In this document: positions 26,502 to 34,744 of the stretch, piece by piece
Layout: each line of letters opens with the position of its first letter
How positions within the stretch are numbered: the first letter of the stretch is position 1
Virus record (IMG/VR): IMGVR_UViG_3300020188_000808
Location: 203,784-267,783 of that record
DNA: 64,000 nt
Reading direction: 5' to 3' (one strand)
The notes under the pieces: generated by a model
Seen by the model: the letters and a program-made list of their open reading frames with translations, nothing else
What the model was told of the DNA's origin: nothing
Databases searched by the model: none
Program-made: the position numbers and the translations under genes

Positions 26502-27023
26502 TTATCTCAGGAACTCACGCCAATCCAGGCCAAACTGGATTGAATTTACCTTGTGTACACCTATCAAATATAGCACATATGATGCTACGCTTGATCCACG
26601 TCCTACACCCCATACAATGTCGTTCTCACGCATAAAGTTCACAAGATATATCATATACTGTAGCAAAGGCTTCATACCTCTGCCTTCAAACTCTGCAAGT
26701 TCTTCTGCACATCTTGCTGTTTCTTCTTGTGTAGTACATTTCTCCAGCACCCAATTATGTACATTAATGGCTTTGTATGCGTCAGGCATGAACCATTCAC
26801 TTTGACATACACCGTCAAAAGTCTTTTGATCTACATCTAATGGGATATACTTTTGTAGTTTGCTAAGGCCTTGTTCTTCCATAGCACTATTGAACTTGTC
26901 TACGTCATCACTTGGATCACATAGTACAACGTGTACCTTATCCGCATGACCACTATAGATCATATCAATAAGATCTTTATTAGAAAATCGTGGAATACCT
27001 AAATCGTCAGTTTTCATAAGCAT
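26502..27023 (-). CDS. Stand-alone fragment of DNA polymerase III alpha (DnaE palm region)
   Basis: WGVGRGSSVASYVLYLIGVHKVNSIQFGLDWREFLR matches DnaE GxGRGS...LGIT.VDP....L.FERFL. Confidence 0.85.
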   Translation of the reverse strand: MLMKTDDLGIPRFSNKDLIDMIYSGHADKVHVVLCDPSDDVDKFNSAMEEQGLSKLQKYIPLDVDQKTFDGVCQSEWFMPDAYKAINVHNWVLEKCTTQEETARCAEELAEFEGRGMKPLLQYMIYLVNFMRENDIVWGVGRGSSVASYVLYLIGVHKVNSIQFGLDWREFLR

Positions 27024-27029
27024 ACACTT

Positions 27030-27058
27030 ATTTTAACTTACATTGATTAGATTGTCAA
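27030..27058 (-). promoter_or_regulatory. sigma70-type promoter
   Basis: TTGACA-17-TAAAAT, 6 nt before the ATG at 27023. Confidence 0.75.
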
Positions 27059-27257
27059 GATCTTTATTGCCGTTTTCTGGATTTGATTTGCTCGATCTAT
27101 CAATCATTTCTAATTTGTATGTGTCTAACATAGTTTGGATTTGATGTTGAGCATCAGGATTTCTAGTTTGAAACCATTTCTGTGTTAACGAATTAATTTT
27201 TTCTACAATTTGTTCGTCTGTTAGAGAACTTATATCTGATAGTAATGGATGATCCAT
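27033..27257 (-). CDS. Small helical hypothetical protein
   Basis: 74 aa, HPLLSDISSLTDEQI...LDNLINV. Confidence 0.65.
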   Translation of the reverse strand: MDHPLLSDISSLTDEQIVEKINSLTQKWFQTRNPDAQHQIQTMLDTYKLEMIDRSSKSNPENGNKDLDNLINVS

Positions 27258-27268
27258 TAATTAATACC

Positions 27269-27847
27269 TTATGCGAATTGACCAATGTATTGTGCGTAAA
27301 CTGTGATACCACCGTCATATGTCCAAACGTCAACACAAATTGGATCACTATTGCTGTTTACAACAAATGGTGCTGGAAATGGGTTATCGCCGTTTGTACC
27401 ATATTTGATAGTACCATTTTCTGTAGCAAAAGATACTGTTCTTGCTGTACTATCGCCTAATGTATCTAACAGCATAACTCTAATTCTACCTACTTTGTTT
27501 GCTGTAGGCCAATCAGTAAATGTTAGTGTAAGTGTGTTTGATCCAATAGTAAATGTTTGAAAATTACCATTAGTAAAACTAACGTTTGTTGGACCAGTTA
27601 CTGTACCACCTGGATAATGTTTTTCAGTGTTAGCAATAAAGTTTGCTCCACTTACATCGTTACCTAGAAAGTTGTTTGCCGCGTTTAATTTTGCAGTATT
27701 TGTCTGCAAATCTTCAATTTCATTCTTTGCGGCTGTGAAATTGTTCTTGATAGTATTAAAGTTATTACGAAATCCCTGGCTGTCATTATCCTGACCTGCT
27801 ACGGGAAACGTAGAATCAATACTTGTATTGTCAATATTACTTGCCAT
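27269..27847 (-). CDS. Putative virion/baseplate protein
   Basis: FPVAGQDNDSQGFRNNF N-terminus, coiled coil, beta domain; GCTAAATA promoter at 27870-27877. Confidence 0.7.
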   Translation of the reverse strand: MASNIDNTSIDSTFPVAGQDNDSQGFRNNFNTIKNNFTAAKNEIEDLQTNTAKLNAANNFLGNDVSGANFIANTEKHYPGGTVTGPTNVSFTNGNFQTFTIGSNTLTLTFTDWPTANKVGRIRVMLLDTLGDSTARTVSFATENGTIKYGTNGDNPFPAPFVVNSNSDPICVDVWTYDGGITVYAQYIGQFA

Positions 27848-27881
27848 ATTAGTTCCTCTCTAGTATATGTATTTAGCTAGG

Positions 27882-30800
27882 TTAAACATTATATTGATAG
27901 TTTCCGAATGCAATATATTGCTCATCGCTATTACCTATAGTAGCATCAACAATATATCTATCTATTTCAAAATCTAAATTCTTAAAGTCGAACCCACTAT
28001 TAGTTATATTTAATAAAATCTGTGCCGCTGTTCCTGGTTTACAATAGCATAATGGTACTGCTGTAACATATCCTAATTCTTGTACACCAGAACCTTGTGC
28101 AGTTGACATCCAAATAGGTAAGAAACTACCTTCTGTAACGCCCGCTTGTGCTATATTTTCACGCATATTTGTTACATTACTAATAAAGCGTGTTTGATCG
28201 GTAGAATTACTAATTTGTACAGCATCACTATCTACTTTAAGAGTGTTGTATGTTGGTCTAAATCTAAACGGATCACTACTTGTAGTAGCAATTTGTCCTG
28301 CTTTTAATATAGCACCATTTCTAGTTGTAATTTCAATAGTGCCGTTTGCATCGTATATAACAGATCCTGCTCTAGTAATAATTTCTAAATCGTTACCAAA
28401 CGCTCGAACATTAATAATTTGATTTACACTATTTCTAATTTGGAAAACAGCTTCACCTGCTCCTTCTTTACTAGCATCATCACGTGTTTCGTACTCAACA
28501 CTATCAACTGTAATTTTCTTTTTGTTAGCAATTCCTGTAGTTTTAGCAACCTTTCCAGTCTTTGTATCTAAAGGGTCATTTACATCTACATAAATTACTT
28601 CATACAATACTGTGTTAGTTCCGTTCTCTTTTGCTTCTGCAACTTTCAACTCACCAAATTTAAATCTTTTACGTTTATGATTTTTTCTAGAAGCCGCAAC
28701 ATACTCTTTAATTTCTTTAGTTTCAATACCAGCATATACTAACATCTTAACTTCTTTTTGTAGACCAAACTGTGCATCATTTGGTCTGTAAATACTATTA
28801 GGTGTAAAGATATTACTATCACCTATGAAATTTTTATATATTTGGCGCTGTGTAGTTTTAAATAAAGGTTTAACATATAAGTTACTGTACGTCAAATTGT
28901 CAGGATCTCTTACAACAATGTTAAACGTTCTAGTTGTAGAACTAAACCCAAATCTATCTCTTGCTTGTACTGTGAAAATAAACTTTCTATCAATAGTAGT
29001 TGTACCACCGTCAAGTGTAAATTTATTATTATCAATAGTTGAAAGACCATCTGAAGTAGGTGTTGCAAACTGTACAACTTTACCAACAATTTCACCATCA
29101 AAGTTTAAAGTTAACCCTGGTGGCAATCTACCACTTGATAATGTATAAAGTAATGAACTATCTGTAACACTTGTTAATGCTTCTACAAAAAACGTACTAA
29201 CAAAGTTAGCTTTGATACTGCCTAAGTTTTCTGTAGTTTGCCATTTAATTGTACTTTCAACTTCTCCTAAAATCTTAACTGTAAACGTTTTTCTTTTTTC
29301 AGCAATTAACTCTTGACTGATACTAGTAAAGCGTTGAGCATTAATTGTAAATTTGTATTCTTTTGTAACAGCTGGCTGATAAGGAACACGACCTGCTATT
29401 TCGCCGGTAGTAACATCTAATACTAACCCTGGTGGAATTTCACTTGGAGTATTATCTGGATTAGTTGATTCAAACGTATATGTTAGATCACCTAGTACTG
29501 TTTGAGGATCAAATACATCTAAGAAAATTGTTACGTAATTGTTAGCACGTTTAAACCCTAAGTCTGCTGGTGTTAACCAAACAGGAGTTCTTAAATAAGT
29601 GTTGTCTGCTTTGAATACCCCTGTACCAATTTGCATAACTGTGTTATCTGCACGTAGGAAATCATCACCTACTAAAAATATTTCAAATGATCTTTTAACA
29701 ACAGTATCACCGTCACTTACACTTACATCAAATGCGTATCTTCGATTTAATTTTTTTCTACTTTGTGTTGGGATAGCATCGTCATATCCTTTTGTATCAT
29801 AGTAGTAACTTTCAAAGCCGTTAGCACTTCTTAATCCAAAGTCAAACGCATATGAGTCAAACTGTGTTGCATCATAAAATCCACTACCTGCATTTTTGTC
29901 TATTGCTAGGATAGGGTCAACAATTCCAACTAATCTTCCGTCAGTTGTTAATTGTAATCCTGGTGGTATTTCTCCATCACCGTCGGCAATAAAATATTCT
30001 AATGTTTGTCCAGTTGGTAAGTCAGCATCAATTGCTTCTAATTGGAAGTCAACAATACTACTGTCTAAAATGAATGTAGCACTTCCTCTTCCTAATGGTA
30101 ATAGTCCTTCTGTTGTTGACCATACTGGATCATCAGGACCTTCTATAGTTAGAGTAAATGTTCTATCTCTTAATCCTTCTTCGTTGGTTGCACGTAACAC
30201 AAATTTAAATTCAGTAGTACGTGACACTTCAAAAGGAGTACCAACAATTTTATTTTGTTCTAAACGCATACCCGGAGGTAATTCCCCACTAATTAGTGTA
30301 ACAATATCTGTGTTTAATGTAATAGTAGTTGGGGATCCATCAGATATATAAACGTCTTTTAATACTGATTCTGTATATGTAAAGTAACTTCTTACAATAT
30401 CTCTATACCATAATTCAGTTGTTACATAGTCACTACTTCCACTTGTTTTATAGTGTAGTACTTGACCTGACAAGTATGAGTAATAATATGTACTGTACTG
30501 TCCATAAAATGTTCCTCCAGCATCTGGTATTTGTCCACCAACATATCCTTGAGATAATGCCCATTGATATGCTGTTTCTTGACCGCCTAACCATGTTACT
30601 GGAGTTGTACTATAATTAGGTGCTATGTTATTACTAGGATCAACATAACCTCCAACGTAAGGCATCATATCGTTCGTTGTAGCAACATTTGTGTCACCAT
30701 CAGTACTTTGTATTGTTAATATTCTTTTACCTTGTTTAACAGCCGTATTTGTGTTATAGTCGTCTGCCGAATTACCTGTATTTGCTTCTGATGACGGAAA

Positions 30801-31442
30801 GTAAAAACTACCATTTCTAAACATTGGGTTAAACAGTGGAGCATTAATTGTAGCAAAATCTTTAACGCCAATGTCGTCAATTTCAATCATTGCACGATTA
30901 ACTAACAGTCCGCCGTTATTAATACCAAGTAGTTTGATTTCGTTTGATTCAACATTTGAAAATTTACTAAGTTTATTAATAAGTTGACGTAGCATTTCAA
31001 TGTCTGGTGATTTATTAGTATCTTCGTCAATCACATTCCAATCATTTAACGGTTTGTCAGGAGCAACAATAATATGATCTCCTAAATAATTTTGCCAGTC
31101 GTTGATCATATTAGCACCTGTACTACCCTGAGGGTGTAAAATAATAACAACAGGTATTAGCTTGTTTGATAAAGTAGGAATAGTTGGAACACGTATAGCT
31201 GGGGTTGGATATGTTGTAGTCATACTAGCACCATATTGATCAACATGATCAATACTAATACTAATAGTACTAGCATTACTTAATGCCGATTGTGGTGGAT
31301 AACTTAAACTTTGATTGCTAGGATTATATCCGCTACCGCCGCCTATTGTTGGATCTAACGGCAGTGGAACTGATGCTGTAACTCTTTCTTGTAGAGTTGC
31401 TAAATTATAACCTGATTTTTGAGTCCAACTTGGTACTGCCAT
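27882..31442 (-). CDS. Large baseplate-wedge-like protein with Ig-like (He_PIG) repeats and an inserted alpha/beta-hydrolase-like domain
   Basis: Repeated G.LPPGL.L...G.I.G.P modules, C-terminal FDFKNLDFEIDRYIVD, esterase-like insert at aa ~93-355; late promoter at 31467-31474. Confidence 0.75.
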   Translation of the reverse strand: MAVPSWTQKSGYNLATLQERVTASVPLPLDPTIGGGSGYNPSNQSLSYPPQSALSNASTISISIDHVDQYGASMTTTYPTPAIRVPTIPTLSNKLIPVVIILHPQGSTGANMINDWQNYLGDHIIVAPDKPLNDWNVIDEDTNKSPDIEMLRQLINKLSKFSNVESNEIKLLGINNGGLLVNRAMIEIDDIGVKDFATINAPLFNPMFRNGSFYFPSSEANTGNSADDYNTNTAVKQGKRILTIQSTDGDTNVATTNDMMPYVGGYVDPSNNIAPNYSTTPVTWLGGQETAYQWALSQGYVGGQIPDAGGTFYGQYSTYYYSYLSGQVLHYKTSGSSDYVTTELWYRDIVRSYFTYTESVLKDVYISDGSPTTITLNTDIVTLISGELPPGMRLEQNKIVGTPFEVSRTTEFKFVLRATNEEGLRDRTFTLTIEGPDDPVWSTTEGLLPLGRGSATFILDSSIVDFQLEAIDADLPTGQTLEYFIADGDGEIPPGLQLTTDGRLVGIVDPILAIDKNAGSGFYDATQFDSYAFDFGLRSANGFESYYYDTKGYDDAIPTQSRKKLNRRYAFDVSVSDGDTVVKRSFEIFLVGDDFLRADNTVMQIGTGVFKADNTYLRTPVWLTPADLGFKRANNYVTIFLDVFDPQTVLGDLTYTFESTNPDNTPSEIPPGLVLDVTTGEIAGRVPYQPAVTKEYKFTINAQRFTSISQELIAEKRKTFTVKILGEVESTIKWQTTENLGSIKANFVSTFFVEALTSVTDSSLLYTLSSGRLPPGLTLNFDGEIVGKVVQFATPTSDGLSTIDNNKFTLDGGTTTIDRKFIFTVQARDRFGFSSTTRTFNIVVRDPDNLTYSNLYVKPLFKTTQRQIYKNFIGDSNIFTPNSIYRPNDAQFGLQKEVKMLVYAGIETKEIKEYVAASRKNHKRKRFKFGELKVAEAKENGTNTVLYEVIYVDVNDPLDTKTGKVAKTTGIANKKKITVDSVEYETRDDASKEGAGEAVFQIRNSVNQIINVRAFGNDLEIITRAGSVIYDANGTIEITTRNGAILKAGQIATTSSDPFRFRPTYNTLKVDSDAVQISNSTDQTRFISNVTNMRENIAQAGVTEGSFLPIWMSTAQGSGVQELGYVTAVPLCYCKPGTAAQILLNITNSGFDFKNLDFEIDRYIVDATIGNSDEQYIAFGNYQYNV

Positions 31443-31487
31443 GTTTCATATCCTTTAACTTATTAGTATTTATCGGATATCAAGTGT

Positions 31488-32366
31488 TTAGAATGCACGT
31501 TGTTGTTTAGTACTAGGACCTACGATATATGGGTATACTGGTTGGTTATTTGTATCTACAGTCATAAAGTAAGCATATGTGCCATCTGGATATTCCGGAG
31601 TTTTTGTGAAGCGTCCGTTGTATTGATCCAAAGTTCCTGTACCAATTTGAAATTCGTGATCGTTAACAAATGTTCCTGCTGTTTTTTCTGAATACAAATA
31701 GTCACGACCTGGTCTTTCACTACCATAATATTGATATGAACTTGTCATTCTAATTACTACTGACAAAGGATCGTTAAAGTCTGAATAACCAAATGGTCCG
31801 TAAATAGGATATCCATCAAAACAGTAACCTACAATTTTACTATGACCGTCTGCATGTCTAAACTTATCTCCACCAAAGTCGCTTCCAGCATAATATGTAG
31901 GAGTTGGACTTGCGTCAGTATCAATCATTGTAGTTGACCATGCTGGTCCTGTTTCACTTGATCCTGTTGGTAAAAATAAAAACATTGCTGACATATAATG
32001 ATATTGACCATTTGTTTCTGGCCATCCACCTGCATCGTCACCGCCATAATTTCCTCTAAACTGTACAGCATTATATTCAAATCCTGTAGCTGGTGCATCG
32101 TCAATTGCACTTAGTCCAGGTGGAACAACGCCAACTCCTGAACTTGGTGAGTAAAATACAACACCATTAGACATAATGCCTAGTGGAGTTAGTGCAGTAG
32201 TTAGCTGTGCGTTTGTAGTATTTTCGCCACCTCTAAATGTAAAAGAATAGTTGTATGATTGTGATTGGGCTGTATTTGCACTAGGTGCAAACGCATTATT
32301 GCCAAACGCTTTACCAAATTGTGCTGGATTAGGTAATCCATTTGATGTAATTGTTAAAGTTGCCAT
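31488..32366 (-). CDS. YHYH-domain protein
   Basis: GQYHY, GHSKIVGYCFDGYPIYGP, LDQYNGRF...YPY. Confidence 0.8.
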   Translation of the reverse strand: MATLTITSNGLPNPAQFGKAFGNNAFAPSANTAQSQSYNYSFTFRGGENTTNAQLTTALTPLGIMSNGVVFYSPSSGVGVVPPGLSAIDDAPATGFEYNAVQFRGNYGGDDAGGWPETNGQYHYMSAMFLFLPTGSSETGPAWSTTMIDTDASPTPTYYAGSDFGGDKFRHADGHSKIVGYCFDGYPIYGPFGYSDFNDPLSVVIRMTSSYQYYGSERPGRDYLYSEKTAGTFVNDHEFQIGTGTLDQYNGRFTKTPEYPDGTYAYFMTVDTNNQPVYPYIVGPSTKQQRAF

Positions 32367-32367
32367 A

Positions 32368-33072
32368 TTAGCTTATTACTCCTGCGTCAAAAGTTCTATC
32401 ATCAGGAGTCATATATCCTCCAAAGTCTATATCTGTTTCGTAAAGTAGCCAGTCACTGAAGCCCCTTACATCATTACTTAGCGTTCCAAAATCAAATCCT
32501 GCTGTATTTGGCTCAATACTTCTAATATCAATACCGTATACTAATCCTTGTAAGTTACCTGTAACAGGACCACTAAATTCACTTGCTGTAAATGTTCCGC
32601 CGTTAGTAATATCAAAACCAGCGGCATTTAAGTTTCCGCCTAATTCTGGACTTGTGTCTGTTACAATTTCTGCTGTTGAATTAACAGTTAAAACATTTCC
32701 TGATAATGATGTATTTGCACCTGTACCACCAAAGATACTAAGTGATTGGCCATCTGCAAGTGATATGCTACCTGAATCTGAAACTATAGTTAATGCTTGT
32801 AATCCTCCTGTAGCATTAACTGTAATTCCTTGCGGAGTACTAGTTAGTGTTACATTAGATCCTTGTACTAATTTTTTAAGTTGAATTTCAGCTCCAACCT
32901 TTTGTGAAAATATACCTTCGCCAACATTCCCTACATTGGCAACGGTTGTGCTTTCTGGTGAACGTAGATCTAAATCATCAAAATTTTGATTTACTTTAAT
33001 AAACGCTTCACGAAGATCATCACCTGTTCCGTCGTTTGCTAGTGTACCGATATTAATTGTTTGTAAAGCCAT
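32368..33072 (-). CDS. Baseplate/fibre connector-like protein (T4 gp9/gp10-type N-terminus)
   Basis: INIGTLANDGTGDDLREAFIKVNQNF; late promoter at 33093-33100. Confidence 0.75.
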   Translation of the reverse strand: MALQTINIGTLANDGTGDDLREAFIKVNQNFDDLDLRSPESTTVANVGNVGEGIFSQKVGAEIQLKKLVQGSNVTLTSTPQGITVNATGGLQALTIVSDSGSISLADGQSLSIFGGTGANTSLSGNVLTVNSTAEIVTDTSPELGGNLNAAGFDITNGGTFTASEFSGPVTGNLQGLVYGIDIRSIEPNTAGFDFGTLSNDVRGFSDWLLYETDIDFGGYMTPDDRTFDAGVIS

Positions 33073-33095
33073 ATTATCTCTCTTCTATAATGTAT

Positions 33096-34718
33096 TTATC
33101 CTTGTCCACTACCACTAGTACCTTTGGCACTAAACTGTATTGGACTATTATAAGGCCAATATGCTATATTACGTGTACCACCATATAATCTAGGTATACT
33201 ATTACTTGCAACAAAACTGTCAGGATTACCTGTATTATATAATTGTTCTTTTGCGTTGTTAGTCAAGAAATCTTTAAATTCTTGTGCTGTGCCTCCCGGA
33301 TTTGCTTGTAACCATAAAGCACCCATTCCTGTTATTTGCGGCGCCGCCATGCTTGTTCCACTAATTCTAGCAATAGAATATGCTGTGTTAGGTGGATAAT
33401 TTTGTTTGGTACTATATGTAGATACATTACTTGTAACACTTGTAATTTGTTCACCAGCGGCATTGATGTCTAATCGAGCACCACGCTCACTATCTTCTCT
33501 TAAAAATTCTTCTGAACCATACTGGTCACATGCCATATTGCCAACCCATACTGTATCTAATGAGTGCGGGCTACTTGGCCTATTATAAAATACAGGCTGT
33601 CCTGCGGCAATGTATCCAGCCCATGTTTCGTTGAGTGTATAATAACTGTCATATATTGTATCAGCATATTGTCCTGCGGATGATCCTGCACAAGGATGAT
33701 ATCCATTACCTGCGGCTTTAACACATATTACTCCGGCATCAGTTAATTGTTCTTGTTCAACATCAGCTGGCGTATATGCCATTGGGTGTCTACTTGCTAC
33801 TGCACCGTATTGTGTAAATGTACCACTAGTCCACGCCTGTGGTGTAATACTTTGATCAACACCTCTATAAAAAATTGATTGAATTTGTGTAGATCCAAAT
33901 TGTGAATTTCTATAATACCAACTATATCCCCAACTTTGATTTACAATAGTAGGACGTTTAAATCCTGTATTTGGATCAATTGGTTTTTGTTCGTGGAATA
34001 ATCTAATTAAATCATAACGATCAGTATCAATACTATGATTAGACCCGCCAAATATTCTCATAGAATAAATTCTTGCATTCTTTGCCCAACCATATGTTTT
34101 ACCAGCGGCAATACCTGTACAATGACTACCATGAGCACCTGCTCTATTTGAATCATTTGATGTGTTAGCATAAAAGCTACTAGGCATTGTTCCTGATAAT
34201 CCAGTTAGTTCGTACCAATCAACTTGTTGGAATCTACTTACTCCATTTGCATCTTCCCATTCAGGGTGATCAACTTGTACACCGTCATCTTGAATAACAA
34301 TGTCTACTCCGGTTCCGTCTAGTGTATAATTGTAATCAGCTGTACGTGTGCTTGAAGAATTATAATCTAAATTTGGATCAATATGTCTTTCTAAACCCCA
34401 GTTAACACTATTTGAACCGTTTACAAAACTTCTTTGAAATTCTGCATTTTGTGTAGCATATAGTTCTTGTGTTTCTATGTCTGGAACTCCTGCTACTGAT
34501 AGTACTCGCGGGTCATTTGATAATGCCGCGGCTTCTTCGTCAGTAAGATCATAATGCGTCATTCTGTTATTAGCAGGCCTAGCATTAATTACTGGTACAC
34601 TTCTATCAGGTACAATACTACTGTTTACAGAGTCATCAGTCGATGTGTCTCTTTGTAAATCGTTATCGACTACTGCAACATCTATGCCTTTTTCTGTAAC
34701 TACAATATATTCAGCCAT
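33096..34718 (-). CDS. Subtilisin-like S8 serine protease
   Basis: GVDIVIQDDG (Asp), HGSHCTG (His), AAGN (oxyanion), GTSMAAP (Ser). Confidence 0.9.
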   Translation of the reverse strand: MAEYIVVTEKGIDVAVVDNDLQRDTSTDDSVNSSIVPDRSVPVINARPANNRMTHYDLTDEEAAALSNDPRVLSVAGVPDIETQELYATQNAEFQRSFVNGSNSVNWGLERHIDPNLDYNSSSTRTADYNYTLDGTGVDIVIQDDGVQVDHPEWEDANGVSRFQQVDWYELTGLSGTMPSSFYANTSNDSNRAGAHGSHCTGIAAGKTYGWAKNARIYSMRIFGGSNHSIDTDRYDLIRLFHEQKPIDPNTGFKRPTIVNQSWGYSWYYRNSQFGSTQIQSIFYRGVDQSITPQAWTSGTFTQYGAVASRHPMAYTPADVEQEQLTDAGVICVKAAGNGYHPCAGSSAGQYADTIYDSYYTLNETWAGYIAAGQPVFYNRPSSPHSLDTVWVGNMACDQYGSEEFLREDSERGARLDINAAGEQITSVTSNVSTYSTKQNYPPNTAYSIARISGTSMAAPQITGMGALWLQANPGGTAQEFKDFLTNNAKEQLYNTGNPDSFVASNSIPRLYGGTRNIAYWPYNSPIQFSAKGTSGSGQG

Positions 34719-34744
34719 ATTATGCTCCGTCTCTTTGTTTAAAT

